NCBI RefSeq assembly: GCF_001194135.2
Contig: NC_068989.1
Location: forward strand, 43,998,677 to 44,055,771
Direction: 5' to 3'
Length of the DNA stretch: 57,095 nucleotides
Source: Octopus bimaculoides
Lineage: Eukaryota
Shown here: positions 25,568-39,189 of the stretch, one piece after another
Position numbering within the stretch: the first letter of the stretch is position 1
Layout of the letters: every line of letters begins with the position of its first letter
Notes under the pieces: model-generated
Told to the model about the DNA's origin: nothing
The model's input: the letters and a program-made list of their open reading frames with translations, nothing else
Databases searched by the model: none
Made by a program: the position numbers and the translations under genes

Positions 25568-25792
25568 GTACTGTTTCTACTTCGCAGATTTTCATCTATC
25601 GCGGGTGGTTTTGGAACGTAACACCCGCGATAGTCGAGGGATTGCGGTACACTAAGAACACCCAATGCACTCTGTGAAATGGTTAGTGTTTGTCAGAAAG
25701 GACATCCAGCTGTAGAAACTATACTAAGACCGAGATGTCTGACAAAGACGTAACCCTACGACCTGTCAATGATGGTTATAACGTCAATATCT

Positions 25793-26458
25793 GGCACTCA
25801 GTTGGTTACGGAGACGAAAGTTCCAGGTGATCCAATCAACGGAACAACCACTCGCAAAATTAACGTGCAAATGGCTGAGCACGCCATAGACACACGTACC
25901 CTTAAGGTAGATCTCGGGGAGATTCAGCGGGAAACAGAATGTGATAAGGCTGACTCTTTAAAATAGAGGTACTACTCATTTTTATCGGCTGAGTGAACTG
26001 GGCAACGTGAAATAAAGTGTCTTGCTCAAGAGCACAACGCGCCGCCGGGAATCGAACTGACGATCTTGCGTTCGTGAGCCGAGTACCCCTAGCCATGTTG
26101 TTGGCACTCCGTCGCTTACGACGTCGAGGGTTCCAGTTGATCCAATCAACGGAACAGCCTGCTCGTGAAATTAACGTGCAAGTGGCTGAGCACTCCACAG
26201 ACACGTGTACCCTACCCTTAACAGAGTGTGACAAGGCTGGCCCTTTGAAATACAAATACAACAGAAACAGGAAGAAAGAGTGAGAGAAAGTTGTGGTGAA
26301 AGAGTACAGCAGGGTTCGCCACCACCCCCTGCCGGAGCCTTGTGGAACATTAGGTGTTTTCGCTCAATAAACACTCACAACGCCAGGTCTGGGAATCGAA
26401 ACCGCGATCCTACGACCACAAGTCTGCTCCCCTAACCACTGGACCATTGCGCCTCCAC
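25793..26458 (-). mobile_element. Two adjacent minus-strand SINEs with the same tail: family D (about 25793-26095) and family B (about 26095-26458)
   Basis: Both carry gatccaatcaacggaaca...aattaacgtgcaa.tggctgagcac; heads differ. Confidence 0.85.
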
Positions 26459-26907
26459 ACCCCTAGCCTTTAATCAATAAGAACTGACTCGAATCCTGAC
26501 AACTTGTCCAATCCATGCCAACAAGGATTGGAAAAGCTCTGGGTCCTCCTACTCAACCCAACCAGTCTGTCTTTCTCTTTCATAATACCCCTCCCTCGAT
26601 ACTACTCTCTTTTTTCTTTCTTTTTCACCTCCATTAGTTCTACCCCCACACCACCCCACACACACTCCAACATCGTCTCTACTTTCTCCTCCTCTGCAAT
26701 CGTCTCATTACAATAAATCTCTCCCTCACAGCATACTTTAATTTCTACGCCATTGCACTTTAGCCTAGCAAGTCACGAGTCGACCTACGGTGCTGTGCTC
26801 AGGATAAAAGTGCACCCAATACACTATGTAAAGTAAATGATGTTCGATAGATTATTAGAGCAATACGTGATTCTCCGACTCGTTGGTTCCTGTTTAAGGG
26901 AGCATAA

Positions 26908-26908
26908 A

Positions 26909-26951
<43 letters not shown>

Positions 26952-26974
26952 CGACGACGACGACGACGATGATG

Positions 26975-27006
<32 letters not shown>

Positions 27007-27013
27007 GATGATG
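26908..27013. repeat. (GAT)n(GAC)n(GAT)n compound microsatellite
   Basis: Read directly. Confidence 0.95.
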
Positions 27014-27734
27014 GGATGAAGGGGATGGGCATGGAGGAGAGGGGAGGGGAGTAGGAGAGGAGANNNNNNNNNNNNNNNNNNNNNNNNNNNNNNNNNNNGC
27101 AGGGGAGTGGCAGGGGAGTGGCTTCATTTTCGATTGGGTTGACCAATATTTTGTGAATAAAATTTGGTGAGAGATGCAGCGAGGAAATCTGACTGAATGT
27201 GTTTGTGTGTGAGTGCGCGCGCGTACATGTATAATGTGTGTGTGTGTGTGTGTACACATGGCCACAACCTTAGGGCTGAAACATAAAAGAATAAAAGAAT
27301 ATATATCATGAAAAGCTTCATTGGGAGGATTTTTCCCCCCAACGTGGTGAATTGTAGTAAAAAATATAAAATGAAGGATAAAACACACAATGTATATTTT
27401 TTATGTGATAAAGGGACTGAGGAAGAGGGGGTAGATATATGGAGCTGAGCTTTCTTCAGTCGTTGCTCCGAGAGTTTCAATATTTTCGATTTCTAAGCAG
27501 TTGAAGGAGCGAAGCATCGTAAGAATATGTAAGCATAAACACTCGCTTTCCCTCCTCACGAGACTTTACCCGTTAGTGAAGACATGAAAACGTTACATAC
27601 TTTCTACGCAAACAAGTAAAAATATCATCTAAATATGGGCATGTTTCTCCGTTTTTTAGCGTTTCTCGGCAGCTCCTTGAATCTCGATCTGTTGTTTGTT
27701 AATGTTATTTTGGTATATTTACTTTTTTTACTCT

Positions 27735-27853
27735 TTTACTTGCTTCAGTCATTTGACTGTGGCCATGCTGGAGCACCGCCTTTAGTCGAGTAAATCGACC
27801 CCAGGACTTATTCTTTGTAAGCCTAGTACTTATTCTATCGGTCTCTTTTTACC
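27735..27853 (-). mobile_element. SINE family C 3' end (remainder probably in gap)
   Basis: cttgcttcagtcatttgactgtggccatgctggagcaccgcctttagtcga. Confidence 0.85.
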
Positions 27854-28535
27854 NNNNNNNNNNNNNNNNNNNNNNNNNNNNNNNNNNNNNNNNNNNNNNN
27901 NNNNNNNNNNNNNNNNNNNNNNNNNNNNNNNNNNNNNNNNNNNNNNNNNNNNNNNNNNNNNNNNNNNNNNNNNNNNNNNNNNNNNNNNNNNNNNNNNNNN
28001 NNNNNNNNNNNNNNNNNNNNNNNNNNNNNNNNNNNNNNNNNNNNNNNNNNNNNNNNNNNNNNNNNNNNNNNNNNNNNNNNNNNNNNNNNNNNNNNNNNNN
28101 NNNNNNNNNNNNNNNNNNNNNNNNNNNNNNNNNNNNNNNNNNNNNNNNNNNNNNNNNNNNNNNNNNNNNNNNNNNNNNNNNNNNNNNNNNNNNNNNNNNN
28201 NNNNNNNNNNNNNNNNNNNNNNNNNNNNNNNNNNNNNNNNNNNNNNNNNNNNNNNNNNNNNNNNNNNNNNNNNNNNNNNNNNNNNNNNNNNNNNNNNNNN
28301 NNNNNNNNNNNNNNNNNNNNNNNNNNNNNNNNNNNNNNNNNNNNNNNNNNNNNNNNNNNNNNNNNNNNNNNNNNNNNNNNNNNNNNNNNNNNNNNNNNNN
28401 NNNNNNNNNNNNNNNNNNNNNNNNNNNNNNNNNNNNNNNNNNNNNNNNNNNNNNNNNNNNNNNNNNNNNNNNNNNNNNNNNNNNNNNNNNNNNNNNNNNN
28501 NNNNNNNNNNNNNNNNNNNNNNNNNNNNNNNNNNN

Positions 28536-28581
<46 letters not shown>

Positions 28582-29379
28582 GTGTGTTAGAGAGAGAGTC
28601 TCTGTGCGTGCGTGCGCATGTGTGTGTGTGCACGCGCGTTGTATGGTGGGATTCTATGAGACCATTAAATTATCGCCGAAAACTCGTGACGTTTTGTCGT
28701 GGATAATTCAAATTGTCCAATTAGATATTTTTTCTCTGGTGCTGGTCACGGTTGGAAATCGTATATTCAAAGTGCAAGGTTCAACGAAGAGCTGAATTAA
28801 CGTCTTAAATTCCATTCCACTCCACCTGACGTAAATGTAACAGCTCTTCTTACCGTTGTTGCATGCCAACCAGACTATTACATAAGATTTTGTAAATATA
28901 TTTATTAACAGCTGTGAATAAAAACGACGACGTACCTAAATATTGACCAGATTACAGACAAAAGCGAATGAAAATATTCTTATCTGATGAACTTTACATA
29001 ATCCGACTGATATACGTTTATCCAAGATAACTGCGACTCTAAATAGTGGGTGGATATTTACTGATAAGAATAGCAGATGCGGAAATAACAGTATTTAGCT
29101 CAATAACCGAAATCTTTAAAACGAGAGATAGCAAAGAAAAAACCTCTTAAACAATGTGGTTTGAATATAAAATTCTGCAGTAATCCTCATGTACAGATGC
29201 TGGAATCTCTTGAAAATTGCAAACTAAGCAATTAAACGAGTGGTTATCACTGAATGAACGATGTAATCGTATTCAAGCCACAAATTCTTTTGCATATAAT
29301 TTCTTTTTTTTTTTTTTTTCGTGGTATCCTCAAATGCTGAGTCATACGTGTTTGAGTCATTAATTAGACTGCAGCCATG

Positions 29380-29870
29380 CTTGTAGCACCGTCCTGAAGA
29401 ATTTTTAGTCGAATAAATCGAGGCTATAGAAGAAAGCATTTGCCCAATGTGCCACTGAACTGAACTGAACTGAACTGAACCCGGAACCATATGGTTGGGA
29501 AGCAAATTTCTTATCATGCAGACTCATTTAAATATTCTTTTCTACTCTAGCACAAGGCCCGAAATTTTTGGGGAGGGGGTCAGTCGATTAGATCGACTCC
29601 AGTACACAACTGGTACTTGATTTATCGACCCCGAAAGGATGAAAGCAAAGTCGACTTCGGGGTAATTTGAACTCAGAGCGAAAAGACGGGGATAGAGACA
29701 TAGCTGCGTGGTTAAGAAGTTTCATTTGCAATCATGTGCTTCCAAATTCAATATCTTTTCGTGGCAACTTGGGCTTGTGTTGTCCATCATAACTGTGGGT
29801 TGTCCAAATATTTTGTGAATAGAATTTGTTGAGAGATACAACGAGAAAGTTCGACTGAATGTGTGCGTGT

Positions 29871-29939
<69 letters not shown>

Positions 29940-30200
29940 CGCGTGCGCGCGCGTATATGAAGGAACCTGGCCAAATGGTTAGGTTGTTGCGTTCATGATC
30001 GTTGATTCGATTCCCAGACCGTGCGGCGTGTTCTGTTCTTGAGCAAAGCACTTCATTTCACGTTGCCTTAGTCCCCCTTTGTATATTGTCCTGCTCGCCC
30101 AGCCAACAGGGTGGTGTCCTTCGAAGGCTAAAACGATGCAAAGTGCATTGCGACCAGTGATACGTAACAACAACGGATAGTCTGGTCGGTCGTATATAAG
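29380..30200. mobile_element. SINE cluster: family C remnant (about 29380-29520, minus), family A (about 29535-29690, minus), family C remnant with (GT)n, D-type copy (about 29960-30200, plus)
   Basis: Family-diagnostic head, core and tail strings. Confidence 0.65.
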
Positions 30201-30495
30201 TTTGGTGATGTAAACAGGAAAATAGAACTCAAAACATGCGTATGTATACAGCTTTTATTAATAATCGGTCGAAGTTAAAGAGTTACTCAAGGGGTGAGAG
30301 TTTCGTGCGTTGGAATTTACGTAATTGCTTTCAAATCAAGGGGTTATATATTTACATGCAGGTTATATATTTATATGCCATTATCAGCGGTTGTATGAAT
30401 ACGCGACCCTTTGATTTGAAACCAGTTTGGTGAGTCCAGCGCACGAAACTCTCGGTACTTGATTTACTCTGTAACTCTTGTGGAGTTTATTACTA

Positions 30496-30526
<31 letters not shown>

Positions 30527-31485
30527 TGTATGTATGTATGTATGAATGCATGCGTGTGTATGTATGTATGTATGTATGTATGTATGTATGTATGTATGTA
30601 TGTATGTATCAGCTTAGGATACCAGTGTGTAGCTGCATTATCTCTTCATATACGAGTGTCCACTTTACATTTCGTGTATTTCATGAATGATGAAATAAAT
30701 ATCAGACACTCTCCTGGGATGAGTATGATGCTTAAAACCTTTCAAAGCAATAATCCAGTATGGTTACAGCAGTACAATGACTGTAGCTCGTATAAGAGGT
30801 ATATAAGAAGTATATTGCTAATTATTATATTGATAATTGCGAAAGCCAAACAAAGTAAGTTTTGAACATAGGAACAGTGACGTATTGCACTTTGTACTGT
30901 AAAGCATGCAGTCTTTCGTCTACTGCAGTCAAGGACAACCTGTTATCATGAACCGCATGCGGCCAGCGGAATTTACTTTGTGGTACACCTAACGAAAAAT
31001 TACCTTCAAATTTTATTAGTAGTGCCTCTCATCTGATGACGAGCCATGTTTTGTGCGGTCCGTTTCTCGGAAAAGGTTGCTTATGATTGCACTACTATGT
31101 CAGCAATATCACCATCTTCTTGTCCAACAACTAGGACTATGAACCAGCGAAGTCACTACACCCGCTAGAAATAACAACCAAATTATCCAAGATCACACTC
31201 TCTCTCTTCTTTTAAAACAAGAAAGGGAAGCGGATATTGGATAATGTAGACAGATGCATAATGGCAAAAACGCAAGTGAGACGACTTTAATGAAGTGTTT
31301 GTTTGAGCAACAGTGGTTGAATGTTAAACAAGGATTGAGATTTATAGCAAAAAAAGGAACCAGAAATTTAGCTGTCCCTAGGTTTTCACGAAAGATAGTT
31401 TCCGTGAGTTAACGTGCGAATCTAAATCCTGGGTCCCTCATTTTGCACGGCAAACGAAGGAGGTACGTTTTAATAATAATTATAA

Positions 31486-31860
31486 TCCTTTCTACTATAG
31501 TCACAAAGCCTGAAATTTGGTAGGAGAAGACTAGTCGATTACATCGATTCCAGTGTTTCACTGGTACTTAATTTATCGACCCCGAAAAGATGAAAGACAA
31601 AGTCAACCTCGGCGGAATTTGAACTCAGAACTAAGCATCTTGCCCGGCCTGCTAACGATTCTGCCAGCTCACCGCCCTTAATAGGCCGTCCTTATTATTA
31701 AAATCAATAATAATAACAATGCGGAAGAAGATGAATGGATTTCATCGACCCCAGAGTTCAACTGATACTTATTTCATCGCTCTCTAAAGGATGAAAGGCA
31801 AAGTCAACCTCGGTAGAATTTGAACTCTCAACGTAAAGACGAGCGAAATACCGTTAAGAA
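31486..31860 (-). mobile_element. Two stacked SINE A copies, each with an (AAT)n tail
   Basis: cctttctactatagtcacaaagcc tail after taataataat; cores at about 31575 and 31790. Confidence 0.8.
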
Positions 31861-31899
31861 ATCAACAATGTGTAATCCTCAATAGGGAGGAAACGTTCA

Positions 31900-34581
31900 A
31901 GGGCTGCTCATGGAAAAAACCCACAAAAATCCATGGGTACCCTGACGTTTGGGGCAGGTGCCTTTTTCCTTTTTCGTTTTATTTTTCAACTACAGGCGTA
32001 TGCTCAAGACAGGCCCGTTCACTCGCACCATTCTCGCCGATCTCAACCACCTTTCAGCAAACTGACCAGAAGACAACACTTCCCTCTCTACCTTATTTTT
32101 CTTTTCAAGGGTAACTCGAAGAAGTTGACCAGGGATTGGCTGAAGTGAAAAGTGTTTGTCTTCAGCCCATTCAATTTCGTCCAACATACAATCTCTTTCG
32201 CCATGGCCACCAGACATATAAACACAGCCTGTCCTTCCCGGTTAAGGGAAGGCAGCGGGGCGATATTCACGAGGGATTCGGTTGACAGCCGGATCCGTCC
32301 AACACGCGACAGCAGGTGTTCGACGTAAACCCACAGGTCATCAATGATCAGACACTGGACGTGTGCATGCAGGACCGTCTCGTCGTCCTACGCGCATCTC
32401 GGACATAATCGGTTGACAACACATCCGTGCCTGTAAAGTTTGTCTCGAACAAGAATAGCTCCTCGGTAACACTGTAAGGCCATAGATTTTTGGAAATGAT
32501 CCGTTGGTCCTGAGCCGAACGTTCTCCGGAAAAGAGTGACTAGTTGATCTTCGATGCCCAGGTTCTCCCCAAAAACGTCGTCGCGTTTTTCCTCCATTAA
32601 TCCTCTATAAAAATCTGAAGTGGACGTTCCACCTATCGCAGTGTCCGACTGGCTGAGAGTTGTGAGCGCTTGAAGACATTCCACGTTCCAAATGCTCCCT
32701 CTTAGTATCTGTTTTACCCAGGACTGCAACTCCGTTAAAGAAACTAGCTGCGAAAATACGTGTCTGGCGAACGGCGACCACACCTGTTCACCGGCAAAGA
32801 AGCACTGGAGATGTCGTAACCTCAGCGCATGTCTGCGCGTCATCAACCACGGCATACACAGGCCACTACTCAGAGGATGCTGACAGCAGATAGACCGCCT
32901 GACCATCGAGACGCGTCCCTTCAACAAGAAGAGGAAGATTATACGTCCCAGAGTAATCAGACGGTTGCCAGGACAAGGCACGACGGTCAAGCGATAGTAG
33001 ATGACGGACGGGATATACGCGTTAGCCACCTCTGCCCGACCTTTCAGGGATAGTTTTCTCTTGGCCCATTTCGTTACTTGGCCCTGCTCGTTACTTCGTT
33101 CCAGTTTTTGTCCATCAGGATGTCCGGACCGATCAGATCTCGAGCAGTTTAACTGGTCCTTCCGTCCAATGCCCAACTACACAGTTAGACGGCATGGACT
33201 TGCTTCTCCAGGTGCAGAGCCGCAAGCCCACTAATTTTTCCTGGTTAATCGTTGCTCCTGAAACCGCCTCATAGTCCCTGACAGCGGTGTCAAATATTTC
33301 TATGTGTTTATGATCCGACACCACTACGATGGCGTCGTCTGCATATGCCTACACACATTTATTCACATCCTAGGTCACGCGGGATGCCTCTCAACGCCTC
33401 CAGTTTGTGTAGTAGTGGCTCGAAAGTCAGTACATACAAGAGAGACGAGAGGGACAACCTTACCCGGCTGAGCGCATGATGTTGAACGGCTCTGAGAGGT
33501 GACCATTCACTCTGACCACTGAACAGATGTCGCTGTGCATTGCAACGATCCAGCCCCTGAATACAGGCCCAAAACCAGCTGCCTTGAGGACCGCTGCCAG
33601 GTGTAGATGGTCGACCCTATCGAAAGCTTTAGACTGATCTAAATTGATCAGGGCCCACCCGTACTAGGTTCTTTAGCCACTTTCTCAATGGTGTATCGCA
33701 TGAGGTGGAGGTTGTCGTGGATGGATCTGTTCCGGATGGTATATGTCTGTGCCTCCCTACCAGATCCCAGACGACAAGCACCGACCTCGTAGCTAACACC
33801 TTGGCCAAAATTCTGAACTCTGCATTCAGCAGTTATGGGCCTAAAGTTGTCAATACAACCCCCCTTGTTTGGGTCTTTTCTCAGCAACGCCACCGCTGCT
33901 CAGCTCACAAAATTGAGAATTCTCCCATTCTGCTGCCAGTTGCAGTAAACGTTTGCTAAGAGGTTGCTGAACTAGTGTGGCATGTAAGCGTAAAGTTTTC
34001 AGGGCAGACTATCCAACCCAGGCGATTTACACCCCGTTCAGCTAGCCATTGCTTCTCGTATTTCAAATGCAATTTTCGGCCTTTCGCAGCGCCGAGAGCC
34101 GCGACAGTCCATCAAGGTAGGACATGAAATCCATCCTGCAACCTGGATCACTGCTGCTCCCGAACAGTTGAGCGAAGCGTTGCTGTAAGGCCTCACACAT
34201 CTGTCTCGGATTAGTTATCATTTGCCTATTGTGGTCCGGTAAGGATCGGATCGTGGATTTATTGCCACACCGTGCGTCTGCCACTCGATCCCATTGAACG
34301 GCTTTCGTCCCTTCATATTTAAGTGCGCGTGCTTTGCTCTGACATTGCAACCTTAGTGTTTCGTGTTGTAGAAGTGGTCGAGTGCTCATCTCGCTGCGAA
34401 TACGTCGGTCGCGATGCCTTTTCTAGAAACCTCGTCTAACTTTTTGACCAGTCCTGCCTCTACTCTGCTTCTTTCTACTGTTCGTCTTGCTAAACCTTAT
34501 CGATTCTATTCTAATCGCCCTTTTCAGGGAGAACCACCATTTATTGTTGATCATTGCTCCCGTCAACTCCCTCTTAACCCA
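31900..34581 (-). mobile_element. L1/Tx1-clade non-LTR retrotransposon, 5'-truncated and frameshifted ORF2 (RT, post-RT region, C-terminal zinc knuckle) plus 3'UTR
   Basis: Minus-strand peptides DNFRPIT, NRSIHDNLHLMRY, EAVSGATINQEKLVGL, YRLTVVPCP, CPRCA..DETVLHAHVQC; several stops and frameshifts. Confidence 0.9.
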
Positions 34582-34780
34582 ACAACAACAGCAACAACAA
34601 TAGCAACAACAACAACAATAATAATAAGGATAATAATAATGATAATAATGATAATAATATGTAAACATAATTTAACTAATTATTTAATGAAATGAAATAC
34701 CATAATCGCGTGTAAATATGTTTATAGGTGTGTGTGTGTGTGCGTCTGTCTGTCTGTATGTATGTATGTGTGTGTGTCTG

Positions 34781-34814
<34 letters not shown>

Positions 34815-35371
34815 TGTATGTATGCATATGTGCGCGTGCGTGGAAGCAATTAAAAATTCTTTTATTATGGATAGAAGACAGAACCCAGTATTACGACAGC
34901 AATCATACACACGCACACATACACACACATACAAACACATATATGACTATATCTGTCTTTATCTATCTATCTGTCTATCTATCTATTTATCTGTCCGTCT
35001 ATCTATCAATCTATCTGTCTCTATTTGTCTATCAGTCTGTCTGTCTGTCTGTCTGTCTCTCTGTCTGTTGATAGATAAGCAGATGTGTTTGTGCGTATGT
35101 ACACCCACACACATACACTCATATATTTACACACGCGATTATGGTATTCATTACCTTCATTTCAATAAATAACTGTCTAAATTTTGTTTGTTTTTATTGA
35201 TAATATCATTAAAGCCATATCGACTTCCAGGACATTTGAAACTCTATTATTCAATCTCGACAATATTCAACAAAATGTATTTTTTTTTTAATTCTAACTG
35301 AAACATTGTTTTAGCGCGTGTTCTTGTATACTTTTGAAGAAGAGAATTGAATGCACAATTAAAACAAAATA

Positions 35372-36663
35372 CCAGGTTGAGTCAAAAGTTTTTTGCATTT
35401 CAAGTTTTAATTAATATTTCCAACAAGTTACGTACAAAAAGCATTTATTCATCAATATATATCTCGTCATATTCTATTGTCTGCTGCTATCGTTGTGCCA
35501 GAAGCTCAGTTACGTGGTTATACCATCTAGATGGTTTAGGGGCAATAAACTCCCGGCTCCCTTTTCAACCTCTTCAACATTGTTGAACCTCCGTCCGTAC
35601 AGGAAATGAACCATGGTTCGGAGAAGGTGGTAATTCGATGGTGCAAAGTCTGCACTGTAGGTAGGGTGAGGCAACACTTCCAACCCTTAAGTTCCTCAAG
35701 TTTATGCTTCGTCACATTGGCAGTGTGCGCTGGGGTACTGCCATGCTGTAAGAGTTCGCGTCTGTGATTGACCAATGCAGTGTAATAGGCTTTCAAAGTA
35801 TCATATACTCGCTGCAGTTGTTGAGCATAAAAGTTAGCTTTCACATCATGATCATCTGGGACAAGGCTCAAGGTGCAACACACCCCCACCTCAAAATTCC
35901 ACCAAACACACAACATGACCTTCTATTGAAAGTTCCTTTGTTTGACAACAGTTTCTGAAGCCTGGCCGGAACGAAGCCACTGATTTTTCTTATTAAGATG
36001 ACCGAAATAGATCCATTTTTCATCCCCAGTAACAATTCATCGCTAAAAACAGACATCTCGAGCATTGACCAGGAGTTGTTTGTAAGTGTTCACTCTTCGT
36101 TGAGCATGGTCATTGGTCATTCATGAGGAGCTTCTCGACAGTGTCTATTTTACAAGGCCGAGCTTATAGAGATGTTGATTGAAGGTACTCTGTGAAGAAC
36201 CTAGTCCTCCCGGCAATGTACGAGTGTTTGTGCTTGGTTGTTGTTCAACTAATTCAAGCAAAACTGCATCTTCCAAAACAGAAGGTTTCCTTGACCTTGG
36301 TTTGTCTTCGAGGCTGGTGTCACCTTCTTTGAAACATTTGAAACAGTTTTGTACTACATGTTAGTTGACAGTTTCTGAGCCTTTCACATCATTAATTTCT
36401 TCTGCTTCTGTCCTTGCACTCAGTCCTTTTTTTTTCCATGGGGAATGTAAAATGGTTCTGATTGCAAATTTTTCACCAATCATTATCAAAGATGTAACAT
36501 AAAAAGTTAATAATTAATGTATATATGTTATATATAATAATAAAGCATAAACAATTCAACAACGATTAGACAACAAGTTGTATCAAATTAATGATATAAC
36601 ATGAAAATACAAGTTGCCAAAAAGCATCAGTGAAAATCCGAAAAAAACTTTGATTCACCCTGA
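35372..36663 (-). mobile_element. Full-length (1292 bp) decayed mariner element with TIRs and TA TSDs
   Basis: TA|CCAGGTTGAGTCAAAAG vs right end reverse-complemented TA|TCAGGGTGAATCAAAG; transposase remnants LLQHGSTPAHTANVTKHKLEEL (HDNARPH-like) and KNGSISV (DEKW region). Confidence 0.85.
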
Positions 36664-37794
36664 TACAAACCTGAAACGAAAATGATGAAGGGATGTTTCT
36701 GGAAGTGTAACGTAAAAAAGAAAAGCCGTCCTTAAACCTTTGTCCAAAGTATTTTCATAAGTTTGTCTCAAACGCCCGTGTTTGTTTTTAGATTTTTAGT
36801 TAATCCTTGTTTCAAACGTTCTAAGTAATACAAAACTTTCCTTTCGTAAGTCCCAAGTTAATCTGATGGTTGAAAAAAATTGAAAATGTTTATCATATAT
36901 GTTGCATGGATGCCAGGGAAATATGTCTCGTGTATCACATGTGATACACCGGACAGGCAAAGGGATAAGTGAGCATTGCAAACTGACGCAAGACAACTGA
37001 ACTAAAATTGTCAACGTATATAATTACCATATTCCTGGCACACGCTTGCCGACAAGTAAGAGTGGTGAAACAAAGTTAATAAAATATTAATGAAATGCAA
37101 ACATAATCGCAAAAAAAGATGAAGCAAATATGAAACCTTTTAATGCTAGTCACAGGAAATGAGGAAATACGTGTAACCTTTGTAAGCCCTCACAAGCTGC
37201 AAGACTTAATGTGATTAATACCCATCCTGGACGTCTGTGTATCAATGGCAGATGGGGAAAACGTAGGTGGGAAGAAAACCGGGGCTTTAATCAGAATGAT
37301 TGCAACAGATTGCCTAAGATGCCCAAGGGCCAGATGTCTCATGTTAAAATCAGGGGCTTGCGTTCGGCTGTACTATCAAATGTTCCGCCTACAATTTGAT
37401 TATGTATTTCCTCTGTTAGGTAGGTTTTTGAGATAACAAGAATATTGAATCACAAAATAAGGGAGAAATAATATTTAGAAAACTGAGGATCCACATTTAA
37501 TCTGTATTTCAAAATAGGAGGAAAATAGATTAAAATCGACAAGGTGAAGGCTGTGCGCGCGCACACAGAAGCATGTGTGTGTGTGGGCGCGAGCGCGCGA
37601 ATATACATATATGTGTGCCTATATGTATATATGTGTATATATTTATGCGTATATGTATATATGCATGTATGCATGTTTGTATGTATCTATCGATCTACCT
37701 GTGCGTATGGGTGTATGTATAACATGTTTGCGTATGCATTTGTGCATGTGTTTTCGACGTTATATTCTCTTTGAATATATGAGGATATAAAGAT

Positions 37795-37836
37795 GTATCC
37801 CATACCACCGATTTTCCAAAATATTTTGTGTATGTA

Positions 37837-37904
<68 letters not shown>

Positions 37905-37947
37905 CACACATATACACACACACATACATACATACATACATACATAC

Positions 37948-37978
<31 letters not shown>

Positions 37979-38012
37979 CATACATACATACATAGTTACA
38001 TACATACATACA
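37795..38012. repeat. (TA)n and (TACA)n microsatellites
   Basis: Read directly. Confidence 0.95.
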
Positions 38013-38459
38013 GAGAGCGGCAATTATACTGATAAACAAAGTAGATATATTAAGTATAACAGCTTGGGTATGGAATACAAAATATGTATATATGTATACA
38101 TGCATATATACATGTATACATATATGTATACATTAGAGAAAGCAAAGAGTGGAGACTTTCAGACGATGAATATCTAAGTATAAATATATAGCTATTTATT
38201 TTAATAAATCAAACTTACACAAGGGAACAAACGACAGCGAAAATTAAAGGGGAGGAAGAAAGGTGTTATAAATCCAACGGCTGTTTCTGGAGCTCGAAGA
38301 TCCATCATAATGTGGGTCGTAATGGAAGCAATCAACATTGGATAAATCTAGTTTCATGATCTGAAATGTAAGATCTTTTTTTAATTCTTTTCTAACCGAC
38401 AGTCAGATTTTATATTTAAATTTATTTCAGTTCTTATTTACGTTGGGTTGTACAAGGGA

Positions 38460-38951
38460 ACCCTATTTTCCGACGTAGTATATAAGTCGACGTGATATAT
38501 AGATCGAGGTAAATTTTTCAGTAAAAAAAAAAATCAATGTTTTAGTCTATACTCATCGTAGAAGTCGACCCCTTTCTTCTGAATAATCATTCTGCTAGAT
38601 GTTTTCTTTGCAGGGGGAAATGTAAGTTTTCGCTACAGGATGAAAAAAAAGGGCAAAGGAAAAAAAGTCTCCGTTTGAAGGAACGCTGTATTATTTCAAT
38701 TTTCATTTTAAATATTTGCCTTTATTTACAGTTATAATCGCACATAAATATGAACACAAAGTAAGTATAAACAGAATTAATAGGTAACAGGACTTGTTAT
38801 ATACTCTCACGGCGTGCCCGAAGTGTAAACATTCAAAGATGGCTATAAGCTATTCAAATGCTGCTGCATTTCACATGGAGCTTTTGGTCCTATAAGGTCG
38901 TCATGAAGTATAAGTCGACCTAAATTCGACTTTTATGCTGGAAAATACTGT
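38460..38951. mobile_element. Old Tc2/pogo-like MITE
   Basis: Left ctattttccgacgtagtatataagtcgac vs right end reverse-complemented cagtattttccagcataaaagtcga; repeated tataagtcgac motifs. Confidence 0.55.
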
Positions 38952-39189
38952 TTAATTAATGAGGTCAAAAGCACAAGTATGTAAATTAGTCTATCCTCCA
39001 AAGCTGATATATGGCTTATCCACGTCATAGTTGTTCTCTTCTCCGGAGAATTCAGAGATGAAAAATTATTACAGAAACATTGTTTAAATCGGTTTGTCCA
39101 AAATAACGTTTCTTACCACCATATCTTAATTCGACGTGACTAGAGGCATTTCTATCTCACAGACAACAGACGAAAATCCTCCGAGAAAG

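Larger units (their letters stand above)
24932..25647. mobile_element. pogo/Tigger-like MITE with TA TSDs, internal 14-bp tandem array and a nested SINE
   Basis: Left TA|CAGTAATCTCTCGCCATATCGCGG; right end reverse-complemented TA|CCGCAATCCCTCGACTATCGCGG; subterminal 12-bp hairpin stem 25596-25607 / 25622-25633. Confidence 0.7.

Noticed and set aside
31033-31080. Hammerhead-like CTGATGA-cgag...ctcg-GAAA
   Set aside because: Only a 4-bp stem II with a 22-nt loop; I could not build stems I and III or the NUH cleavage site
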